Source: Bdellovibrionales bacterium (GTDB lineage: Bacteria > Bdellovibrionota > Bdellovibrionia > Bdellovibrionales > UBA1609). Taken from it: a DNA stretch of 64,000 bases. The notes below the pieces were generated by a model. It was not told where the DNA came from. It saw nothing but the letters and a program-made list of their open reading frames with translations, and ran no database searches. Numbering within the stretch: position 1 is the first letter of the stretch; each line of letters begins with the position of its first letter. The stretch covers positions 448,001 through 512,000 of the forward strand of contig CBDBIB010000001.1 in NCBI GenBank assembly GCA_965205945.1, written 5' to 3'. Of this stretch, positions 19,352 through 28,312 are shown piece after piece. Both the position numbers and the translations under genes were made by a program.

Positions 19352-20794
19352 TTAATTTTTGCCTGAATAATAATCTAACTCTTCTTTATTTTTCCATTCT
19401 TTTAAACTCGCAACTCTATCCTTGCCTAAAGGGCTTATCTTAATATAGGCATATCTGGTTAAAATTTTTCTACACTCAATATCTTTAAAAACAGGCGACC
19501 AACTGCCTGGATTTAAAAATTCAACAGAACCTCTTAGTTCATGTTTTACTATATGTGTGTGTCCAAATACAACTCTACTCGTATTAGTCACAATACTTAT
19601 CCACCTTAACCTTTGCTCACCAGGGTCTCTAAATACATTTTCTTTATTTTTAACAGTACTTGAATAAAATATAAAAAACGGTGCTAAAAGCAAAATAGGT
19701 ATAAGTGCCCAATAAATCTGAATGTCAACTAACTGATCCACCATTAAAAAAAATTGAAAAATAAATAAAATTCCAATTAAAAATATAACAGCTTTATCTA
19801 TCCATAAAACCTGCATAATTTTCCATGGCGAACTCACCGCTGAAGGAACTGCAAGAGCAGCAAGTTCTCTAACCATTCGAGGCGTTGCTCTAGATTTTTC
19901 CGCAATCTGCTCAACCCTCTCCTCATAAAAAAATGGATCCACAATAGGCTCTCTAAGTCTATAAAGAACTGACCTGTAACTAATCACCACTGAACTATAA
20001 AACCATGTCCAAATAATTAAAGGTTGTTTTCTAATAAGAAACTTAATAAAAAAATGCAGGTATTGCTTTAAAGTTAATCTGTAGTTTTCTTCGCTATAGG
20101 GATTAACAAAGCCCATAACATTCACCATATATCTAGTTACCATATTTCCAAAAGGAATTCTTATTCTAAAATCATTGCCCACCTTAATCATTGGAAACAC
20201 TGGCGTTTGACAAACACAGTAGGGATCATACTGATTGCCATGTTCTATATGTGTGTCCTTATGACTTATGTAAAACCATTCACAAAATCGAATAAGGTCC
20301 TTACCACCTTGAATATTTGTGATTGCTTTTCTAACTCGCCTTTGAACGTTAGAGTAGTGAAGCTCTAAATCATGGTTTCCAATAATAAAAACAAGCCTAT
20401 TTCCGCCTTCAACAAATCTTGTTAAAGCCTTAACAAAAATAGGATGTGTTTTTAAGATCCTATCAATTTTAAAAACTGATTTTTCTTTCTGTGAAAACAT
20501 CGTCCTATTTCTCTCAAAACTACTTATTTTAAATGATGGCCTTTCAGGCACAGCTGTAACACAATCAAAATCAAAAATGTCACCATTTAATACAAGTTCA
20601 ACTGGGGTTTTTGTAGTTTTAACCTGTTGCTCTAACCAATCAGAAAAAATTTCATCAAAAAAAAACTCTTTTGTTTTATACTTCTTCCATAAAGGTGCCC
20701 TAGGATCTACTTGATGACCTTCAGTCAAGTGTAGATCACTTATAACAAGGGTTGTATATCCTTTTTCAGGAAAAACTTTGACCTTTTTAGACAT
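19352..20794 (-). CDS. Calcineurin-like metallophosphoesterase with two C-terminal TM helices
   Basis: SDLH, NGDIFD, GNHD, EHG and FGHTH motifs. Confidence 0.85.
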   Translation of the reverse strand: MSKKVKVFPEKGYTTLVISDLHLTEGHQVDPRAPLWKKYKTKEFFFDEIFSDWLEQQVKTTKTPVELVLNGDIFDFDCVTAVPERPSFKISSFERNRTMFSQKEKSVFKIDRILKTHPIFVKALTRFVEGGNRLVFIIGNHDLELHYSNVQRRVRKAITNIQGGKDLIRFCEWFYISHKDTHIEHGNQYDPYCVCQTPVFPMIKVGNDFRIRIPFGNMVTRYMVNVMGFVNPYSEENYRLTLKQYLHFFIKFLIRKQPLIIWTWFYSSVVISYRSVLYRLREPIVDPFFYEERVEQIAEKSRATPRMVRELAALAVPSAVSSPWKIMQVLWIDKAVIFLIGILFIFQFFLMVDQLVDIQIYWALIPILLLAPFFIFYSSTVKNKENVFRDPGEQRLRWISIVTNTSRVVFGHTHIVKHELRGSVEFLNPGSWSPVFKDIECRKILTRYAYIKISPLGKDRVASLKEWKNKEELDYYSGKN

Positions 20795-20860
20795 ATCTTT
20801 TTATATAAGATTCTTATAAAAATAAGTAGTAAATTAAATTCTATGATCCAAAGGGGACTA

Positions 20861-21094
20861 ATGAATAATGAACCTAGAACAAACTATATTTATATAGACA
20901 CTAGACTTATATATAGAGAAAAAGACGTTTTAGCTCCGGGTTTTAACCACCACATCATCTCTTCCATAATGGTAAAGGCTACTTATATACTAAATTTTAT
21001 TAAAACAAGAGCTCAAAGATTTATGGCTTTTATTAAAAAACTCTTTAATCTAGATTTAAGCCCTGATCTTTTAAAATACTTATTAAAAGTCTAG
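20861..21094 (+). CDS. Small hypothetical protein
   Basis: ATG 20861 preceded by AAGGGGA; fills the gap before the acyltransferase; no motif recognised. Confidence 0.45.
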   Translation: MNNEPRTNYIYIDTRLIYREKDVLAPGFNHHIISSIMVKATYILNFIKTRAQRFMAFIKKLFNLDLSPDLLKYLLKV

Positions 21095-21113
21095 GACTAA
21101 AGGTTTAAGCTCC

Positions 21114-21890
21114 ATGAGTTTTTTTCGCATACTTTATAAAAGCCTTATCTCTTCTTTTTTTATCATTTTATTTTTTATTCTAACTCTAATTATAAATATA
21201 GTTTTATACCCTTTTTATTTTATTAAAAAAAAGTTCTTAATAAAACTTAGCGTCTGGCACTCAAAAATTTTATTAAAAATCTTTGGATTTAGCCTAATAA
21301 TGAAAGGAACACCTCCTCTTAACAACGGAACATTGATTATTGGCAACCATATGTCTTATCTAGACATTCTTATTTATCTAAGCTTTTTTGAGTGCCTCTT
21401 TGTCACTTCTGTAGAAACAAAAGAAAAACCTTTTCTTGGATCAATAACAAGTCTAGCAGGTTGTTTATTTGTTGAACGTAGAAACCCAAGAAATCTTTTA
21501 AATGAGCTAAAAATAATTAAAAAGCATTTTGATCACAATCTTTCTATTTGCATTTTCCCAGAAGGAACAAGCTCTAATGGTGAGAAAATACTACCCTTTA
21601 AAAAAAGTCTATTCCAACTTCCTATTAAAACAAAATGTCCAATACAACCTATTGTTCTTAAATACACTCTCATCAATGATAAACCCTTTGGTCTTCACAA
21701 TTGTGACCTAGTTTGTTGGTATGGAAAACACCAGCCCTTTTTAAAACATCTTTTCACTCTTTTTTCTTTAAAAAAAATAACTGCTCAAATTGAAATTTTA
21801 ACTCAAATTGATTCAAAGATTTTTCGTGACCGCAAGGAAGCTTCTAACAATTGCTACCAAATTCTGTCTGACGAATATTTAAAAAAATAG
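21114..21890 (+). CDS. Lysophospholipid acyltransferase (PlsC/OlsA-like)
   Basis: NHMSYLD; FVER; FPEGT. Confidence 0.88.
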   Translation: MSFFRILYKSLISSFFIILFFILTLIINIVLYPFYFIKKKFLIKLSVWHSKILLKIFGFSLIMKGTPPLNNGTLIIGNHMSYLDILIYLSFFECLFVTSVETKEKPFLGSITSLAGCLFVERRNPRNLLNELKIIKKHFDHNLSICIFPEGTSSNGEKILPFKKSLFQLPIKTKCPIQPIVLKYTLINDKPFGLHNCDLVCWYGKHQPFLKHLFTLFSLKKITAQIEILTQIDSKIFRDRKEASNNCYQILSDEYLKK

Positions 21891-21947
21891 ATCTTTTTAG
21901 ACCTTTTGCTAGGAGCTTCTCTTTTAAAAAAGAATATAATTATCTTT

Positions 21948-22580
21948 ATGTTTAGATATTTTTTTTTAATAATTTTTATAGTATTTCCCTCTTGTAATAA
22001 CAATGAATCCTTATCTAATGTCGAATTTAAAATAAATCCTGCATCACCTACTGTTTTCACCGCAGATACCATTGAAACTAAAAAAACAATAATTGATGGT
22101 GTAAGAACTATAGAAACTTTCGATATACCCGGCCCATGGATGAGTATTGGATTTGATATTATAAACAAAAGCAAAATTGCAGTAACAATAATAGCTGTCA
22201 CTTTCTACATCAGCCTTCCTAACGAAGAAATAAAAACACAATCCATCACTAATTATAACGCCAATGGTGAAGCCCTTAGCTTCTTTGCTATCCTTCGCCC
22301 TGAAAATGACGTTAACTGTGACGGAATAGTAAGTAACAGCGAAGCAAAATTAATAAACCCTGTGCTTGATAAAGATTGTTTTATGGATGAAACAAACCCT
22401 TCTTTTAATGGTCTTCGATTTAAATTATATGATTTATTAAGTAATGCTGAGGATAAAAGTGCCTATTTAGGAGCAAGTTACCCTGTCAAAGCTCACTTTG
22501 AGGGTTGGACTGGAACATTTGAAAAACCTGAAAAGAATTTTTTTAAAGAAATTTTCTTTATAGGCAAAAGCTCTTTCTAA
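21948..22580 (+). CDS. Hypothetical lipoprotein
   Basis: MFRYFFLIIFIVFPSC lipobox-like start at ATG 21948; DVNCDGIVSNSE loop. Confidence 0.6.
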   Translation: MFRYFFLIIFIVFPSCNNNESLSNVEFKINPASPTVFTADTIETKKTIIDGVRTIETFDIPGPWMSIGFDIINKSKIAVTIIAVTFYISLPNEEIKTQSITNYNANGEALSFFAILRPENDVNCDGIVSNSEAKLINPVLDKDCFMDETNPSFNGLRFKLYDLLSNAEDKSAYLGASYPVKAHFEGWTGTFEKPEKNFFKEIFFIGKSSF

Positions 22581-22650
22581 AATAAATCCTAATCTTAAAG
22601 CCCTTCTCCTTAAACAGATTCTAATTAAATAGTTTTTATTCATTAATAAT

Positions 22651-22674
22651 TAACCCAAATTCGAACTTGGGTTA
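22651..22674. repeat. Palindromic IS982 terminal-repeat scar
   Basis: TAACCCAA-ATTCGAAC-TTGGGTTA; left part nearly identical to the IR at 1650-1667. Confidence 0.65.
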
Positions 22675-22679
22675 TAGAG

Positions 22680-23598
22680 CCTTAAATTATTTTGTATAAG
22701 ATCTTTACTAGTGAGAATGATTGCTTAAACTTTTTAAAAGAGATCCGTTGGAGTAAAGGCTTTCACTGCCAGGCCTGTGGTTATGATGATTTTTGGAAAA
22801 TCATCATCAGGCCTTCGCCGCTGCCAATCTTATAGATTCAAAAACTGAGTAAAAAAAAACTATTTTTCAATCAAGCAGGCTTCCCTTAAAAACTTGGTTC
22901 TATGCAATTTGGTGGTTCACTTCACAAAAAACTAGCATCAGTGCTTTGAATCTTTAAAAGAATATTGGTCTAGGTAGTTATCGTAGTGCATGGCTACTTC
23001 TTCATAAAATTCGAACTGCTATGGTTCGTAAAAATCAAAGCCTTCTGCAAGGAGAGGTTGAAATTGATGAAGCTTTTGTTAAAGGCGCCCGCTCTAGAAA
23101 GCGCGGCAAAGGCGCTAAAGGAAAGGAACTCGTTGTAATTGCTAGGGAATGTTTTAGTAAAAAACGTACTGGTAGAATTTAAATGCAAAGAATTCTAGAT
23201 GCTTTAGCGACAACTTTAGAACTCTTTATTCTGGATAATATTGCTCAAGGATCGACAATACACACAGACGGCTGGCCAAGTTACAACGCCATTTCAAGCT
23301 TAGGATATAAGCACTCACCTCGATCTTCAAATTCAGTAGACCCGGATGAACTTCTTCCAAGAATTAATGTTGTAACTACTCTTCTAAAAAGATGGCTGCT
23401 GAAAACACTTCATGGAAATCTAAACCCTAAACATATGGATAACTATTTTGAAGAGTTTATTTTCAGATTTAACAGAAGAACTTTAAAGTCTTAAGGTCTT
23501 TTATTCCAGCGAGTTCTTAAAAACTCAATTCTTGTTCAGCCAGCTCCATATCAGGAAATTATTGCTAGAAAACAATAGGGCCAGTCAAGTGCATACCC
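22680..23598 (+). mobile_element. IS1595-family element with a pseudogenised transposase
   Basis: IFTSENDCLNFLKEIRWSKGFHCQACG zinc ribbon; GEVEIDEAFV; TIHTDGWPSY; YFEEFIFRFNRR; internal stops (e.g. 23180-23182); probable right end gtcaagtgcataccc; left end not found. Confidence 0.9.
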
Positions 23599-23608
23599 AG
23601 GTAATTTA

Positions 23609-24310
23609 TTATTTAAGTGACCAAATCCCCATAGCAACAGATACAGAAATATTAAAGCTTGCAGTTGAATCAGTTTGAGGAATATAAACCTTAAAATCTG
23701 AAGCTTTAATCAGTGCTGGCTTAATACCTTTTTCTTCAGCTCCAGCAATAAGAATTGTTTTCCTAGATTTTGGGGCATCTCTAATATCTTGCATTTCTTC
23801 ATCCACTACCAAAGAATAAGACCAAAAACCTTTTGCTTTAAAGCCTTTTAATTCATTTTTAATATTTTGGACTCGCATTATTGGAATATGTTCAGCTCCT
23901 CCACACGCCACCTTACAAGCTGTCGGATTCAAAGGAGCCGAGTCTTTTACTGACATTAAAATCCCATCAACCCCCATAAGCCAAGCCGTTCTTAAAATAG
24001 CACCCAAATTCTGAGTGTCCTCCACAGAATCCAAAACTAGAATAAAGCACTCTTTCCCATCTTCATTTGGCCACTTTGGGTTTTCTGTAACTTTACAAGC
24101 AATTCCTTGAGTATTTTTTGAAAGCTTATTAAAAAAACTTTCTTTTTTAGGGGTTAAACTTAGGCCCACTCTTTTTGCCAAAGTCTTAACTTCATCACTC
24201 CATTTTTTAGAATCAAAAGTCTCCCCAGTATAAAGTGCAGACACTGCATGAGGTCGTACTTTTAACGCCTCCATAACTGAATGCCTACCAACTACTATGC
24301 GGTTTGCCAT
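23609..24310 (-). CDS. TrmH/SpoU-family RNA methyltransferase (RlmB-like)
   Basis: GRHSVMEAL; DSVEDTQNLGAILRTA; GAEEKG; SFNISVS. Confidence 0.85.
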   Translation of the reverse strand: MANRIVVGRHSVMEALKVRPHAVSALYTGETFDSKKWSDEVKTLAKRVGLSLTPKKESFFNKLSKNTQGIACKVTENPKWPNEDGKECFILVLDSVEDTQNLGAILRTAWLMGVDGILMSVKDSAPLNPTACKVACGGAEHIPIMRVQNIKNELKGFKAKGFWSYSLVVDEEMQDIRDAPKSRKTILIAGAEEKGIKPALIKASDFKVYIPQTDSTASFNISVSVAMGIWSLK

Positions 24311-25002
24311 GCTAACTTTAACTTATTAACAGTTTTATTAAAATTTCTAGTTCTTATTAGCGACCTGCCCATAACCAAATAAGTTGCACCATCAGCCCAA
24401 GCCCTTTCAGGTGTTGAAACTCTTTTTTGATCCTCTTTATCCTCATTGATAAAACGAATACCTGGTGTCACAAAAATACCCTTTGGGTATTTTCTCTTAA
24501 CGGTTAAGACTTCTTTTGGCGAACACACCAGACCTAACAAACCTGACTCAAAAGTTAGATTAGACAAATCTTTAACAATCCTATCAGGCTTCATATGTTT
24601 AAAAAGAGGCAATGTATTTTCTTCCTGATCAAAACTTGTAAGCAACGTCACCACTAAAATTTTAAACGGTCTTATTTGATTCAATTCTTTTTCAAGTTTT
24701 GCAAGGCCTCTTAAACATTCTAAACCATTTAAAGCATGAACTGTACAAAAAGAAGCCTCACTCTTAAACACAGCTCTTACAGAATTTAAAACCGTTGAAG
24801 GAATATCAAAAAATTTATAATCAATAAATATTTTACCTTTTTTTGAAAACCATCTCCACTCACTTTGCGTAAGTTGAAAACCTAAACGAGGCCCTATTTT
24901 AAAACCTAAAATATACGAAGACCATTTCTCAACTAAAGAAAAAGCCTCCTTTTTAGTGTCCACATCAAGGGCAAGAAAAACATCAGCTTTAGATTCTGTC
25001 AT
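24295..25002 (-). CDS. pyrF: Orotidine-5'-phosphate decarboxylase
   Basis: LALD; DYKFFDIPST; VTPGIR; DQKR; VMGR. Confidence 0.93.
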   Translation of the reverse strand: MTESKADVFLALDVDTKKEAFSLVEKWSSYILGFKIGPRLGFQLTQSEWRWFSKKGKIFIDYKFFDIPSTVLNSVRAVFKSEASFCTVHALNGLECLRGLAKLEKELNQIRPFKILVVTLLTSFDQEENTLPLFKHMKPDRIVKDLSNLTFESGLLGLVCSPKEVLTVKRKYPKGIFVTPGIRFINEDKEDQKRVSTPERAWADGATYLVMGRSLIRTRNFNKTVNKLKLAWQTA

Positions 25003-26710
25003 AACATTCCTTAATTTTTAAAACTGCACTGTCTAACGGGCAATGATACTTTTCACCCTTAGATCTTACAAAAATATCTACCTTACCCAAGTTAAACCCC
25101 TTAAACCCTATAGTAAGCCGCACAGGAAAACCTAAAAGATCTGCATCTTTAAATTTAACACCTGGACGCTCCTTTCTATTATCAACAAATACACTAAGAC
25201 CTATAGCCTTAAGCTCATCAACAGTTTTTAAAAAGTAGGATTTAATCTCATCATTTAAATCCAATAAACAAATATGAACATCAAAAGGAGAAAGAGATTT
25301 AGGCCAGACAATACCATTTTCATCATGAGACTGTTCGATTGCAGCCTGTAAGGTTCTTGAAACTCCTAAACCATAACAACCCATTTTAAAAAACTGTGCT
25401 CTACCCTTAGCATCTAAGAACTGCGCTTGCATAGACTTACTATACTTAGTTCCAAGATAAAAAATATGCCCCACCTCAATACCTCTTACGGATTTAAGGC
25501 TTCCCTTCCCATCAGGAGAAGGGTCACCATTTTGAGCCAAAGTTAAATCAAAAATTTCTTTAACCTTAAAGTCCCTTCCAGGACTTACACCTTTTAAATG
25601 AAAATCATCCTTATTCGCACCCACCACCATGTTTTTATAATCTTTTAAAAATTGATCCATATAAATATTGATCTTCACACCAACAGGTCCACAACTTCCT
25701 GGATTTGCACCAACTAAATCTAAAACCTCAACATCAGTAAGCATTCTTGGTTCTGTAAAAAAGCCTAAGTGATTTTTTATTTTAATTGGATTTACTTTAT
25801 CTAAGCCTTTTAAAAGCACTATAAATACAACAACCTTTCCATTTGGGTATTCCCCTTGGAAAAACATAGTTTTAACAAGTTCTTCTTCTGGTAAGTTTAA
25901 AAATTCTGATAAATCCGTAATAGTCTTTAAATTAGGGGTTGAAATCTCCTCTAAAACCTTTTCAACAGTCACTGAATTCGGTGTATTTAATTCAAATACC
26001 CTGGGACAAATTTCAATATTTGCAGCGTAGTCTGAACCATCACTCATCAACAGTTCGTCCTCACCTACGCCTGCTAAAACTTGAAACTCCTCTGTTAAAG
26101 AGCCTCCTATAGCACCAGCATCAGCCCTTACAATTCTATATTTTAAACCTAATTGGTTAAAAATTCTAATATAAGCATCTTTAAAAAGATGGTAGCTTTT
26201 ATGTGCAGCTTCTTCATCTATATCAAAACTATAAGCATCCTTCATTAAAAACTCACGACTACGCATCAAACCAAATCTTGGTCTAATTTCATCTCGATAC
26301 TTATTCTGAATTTGGTAGTATATAATAGGAAGTTCTTTATAGCTTGTAATGTCATTCTTAACGTAATCTGTGATCACCTCTTCGTGAGTAGGTCCAAGAC
26401 AAAACTCATTGTTGTTCTTATTCCTAAAAGTTTGCACATCCGGATATCCCCAGCGCCCAGATTCTTCCCAAAGTTTTTTAGGCTGCACCATTGGCATTAA
26501 AAGTTCCGCCATACCAGCTAAATCAAGTTCTTTTCTAATGATTTTTTCAAGCTTTCTAAGTGCTCTTAAAAATAATGGACTATAAGTATAAATTCCTGAA
26601 CTTAATTTTTTAATCAATCCAGATCTCAATAACAGTTTATGACTTGGAATCTCTGCATCCGAAGGATCTTCTTTATATGTTTTAATTCCAAGGTTTGTCC
26701 AATTTACCAT
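24989..26710 (-). CDS. proS: Proline--tRNA ligase with editing domain
   Basis: LGPTHEE; RDEIRPRFGLMRSREFLMKDAYSF; GIEVGHIF; MGCYG. Confidence 0.97.
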   Translation of the reverse strand: MVNWTNLGIKTYKEDPSDAEIPSHKLLLRSGLIKKLSSGIYTYSPLFLRALRKLEKIIRKELDLAGMAELLMPMVQPKKLWEESGRWGYPDVQTFRNKNNNEFCLGPTHEEVITDYVKNDITSYKELPIIYYQIQNKYRDEIRPRFGLMRSREFLMKDAYSFDIDEEAAHKSYHLFKDAYIRIFNQLGLKYRIVRADAGAIGGSLTEEFQVLAGVGEDELLMSDGSDYAANIEICPRVFELNTPNSVTVEKVLEEISTPNLKTITDLSEFLNLPEEELVKTMFFQGEYPNGKVVVFIVLLKGLDKVNPIKIKNHLGFFTEPRMLTDVEVLDLVGANPGSCGPVGVKINIYMDQFLKDYKNMVVGANKDDFHLKGVSPGRDFKVKEIFDLTLAQNGDPSPDGKGSLKSVRGIEVGHIFYLGTKYSKSMQAQFLDAKGRAQFFKMGCYGLGVSRTLQAAIEQSHDENGIVWPKSLSPFDVHICLLDLNDEIKSYFLKTVDELKAIGLSVFVDNRKERPGVKFKDADLLGFPVRLTIGFKGFNLGKVDIFVRSKGEKYHCPLDSAVLKIKECYDRI

Positions 26711-26921
26711 CTTCTTCCTCTTTTTTTACTGATATCTAGTAAAGCATAACATAAATAAGCACCCTATAATTACCCCTCTTTTTATAAAATGACTAAATAT
26801 ATTTGCTAGATTTTATTTAATATTTTAACGCCTAATTGATTCTAAGTCTATCCTGACTCTTTTTAAGTTATATTTAAATCTCTTTATAAAAACTTAAAAC
26901 TAGTTTTTAATAATGCTTTTT

Positions 26922-28250
26922 CTACCTTTGTGTGTCTACTTCTATGCCGTAAGCTTTTATTTTTCTATGAAGATAACTTCTCTCCAAACCAATTGCCTCT
27001 GATGTTTTAGATATATTACCACCATTTTCTGCTATCTTAGTAAGTAAGTAATTTTTTTCAAACTCCGCCCTAGCCTCTCGAAAATTCCCATAACCATTAA
27101 AACCCTGAATTCCAGAAGGACTGATTCCTGCATATTTGACATCATAAATATCAAATTTTTCACTAATTGAAAGAATATGTACTCTTTCCACAAAGTTTTT
27201 TAACTCTAGAATATTACCTTCCCAATCATGAGTTTTAAGGAGTTTTAAAGCGTCCTCATAAAACACTCTAGTCTTCACTCCTGATTTACGGCAATACTCT
27301 TGAGAAAAGTACTCTACAAGTATTGGAATATCTTCTTTACGCTCTCTAAGAGGCTTCACCTTTAAAGACAATGTAGATAGTCGACCATAAAGATCTTCTC
27401 TAAACTTGCCCTCTTTAACCAATTTATTTAAATCTATAGTTGTTGATGTTACAATTCGCACATTATATAAACGATTGACTTCTTTTTTTCGCAAAATATC
27501 TGATAGCTTTTCTTGAGCTTCTTGATCCAATTTCTCTATATTTTTAATAAATAAAGTTCCGTTCTGAGCGGCCTGGAAAAATCCAATATTTTTATCTTTA
27601 GCCCCTAAAAGCTCTATAGAATGAAGCCCTTCTGGCAACGAACTACAATTTACTGTTACAAAAGGAAAACCTGCTCGTTTACTCACATAGTGAATATTTT
27701 TAGCAATAAGACTTTTACCCACACCCTCCTCACCTTGTAATAAATATGTTGATTGGGTAGCTCCAAATCTCATCACTAAGGATTTAATCTGCTGTATATG
27801 AATGCTTTCTCCAGCAATTACAAAACTTTCTCTAAGTTGATTTAAAAGACTTATCTTTTCATTTTCTTGCATAGAATACGACACAATATTTTTAATTGAT
27901 ATAAGAACCTTTTCCATGGAAATTGGTTTCTCCACAAAGTCCCATGCTCCAAGCTTTACAGCCTTTACCGCAGTATCAATTGTTCCATGCCCTGACATCA
28001 CCACAACTTTAGGGGTTTTTGTTAAAGATTTCATTTCTTCTAACACGCCCAGGCCATCAAAATCACCAGGCATCCATACATCTAAAAGCATCACCTTTGG
28101 TTTAAACTGGCGAAGAGCTTTTAATGCTGAAACTCCATCATGAGCAGTCCTCACTTCACACCCCTCATCTTGAAGAGACGCTGCTAATATTTCACAAATT
28201 GTAACCTCATCATCGACAATTAGTATTTTTTGATTTTTTAAATCTACCAT
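26922..28250 (-). CDS. NtrX-like response regulator (REC-AAA-Fis HTH)
   Basis: IVDDE, LLDVWMP and EKP receiver; GEEGVGKS; W.GNILELKNFVER; GLERSYLHRKIK. Confidence 0.88.
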   Translation of the reverse strand: MVDLKNQKILIVDDEVTICEILAASLQDEGCEVRTAHDGVSALKALRQFKPKVMLLDVWMPGDFDGLGVLEEMKSLTKTPKVVVMSGHGTIDTAVKAVKLGAWDFVEKPISMEKVLISIKNIVSYSMQENEKISLLNQLRESFVIAGESIHIQQIKSLVMRFGATQSTYLLQGEEGVGKSLIAKNIHYVSKRAGFPFVTVNCSSLPEGLHSIELLGAKDKNIGFFQAAQNGTLFIKNIEKLDQEAQEKLSDILRKKEVNRLYNVRIVTSTTIDLNKLVKEGKFREDLYGRLSTLSLKVKPLRERKEDIPILVEYFSQEYCRKSGVKTRVFYEDALKLLKTHDWEGNILELKNFVERVHILSISEKFDIYDVKYAGISPSGIQGFNGYGNFREARAEFEKNYLLTKIAENGGNISKTSEAIGLERSYLHRKIKAYGIEVDTQR

Positions 28251-28312
28251 CTTATTTCCTCACACACTTTTTAAAACTCAATTCTAACTGTTTACTTTAA
28301 TTAACCCTGTAA

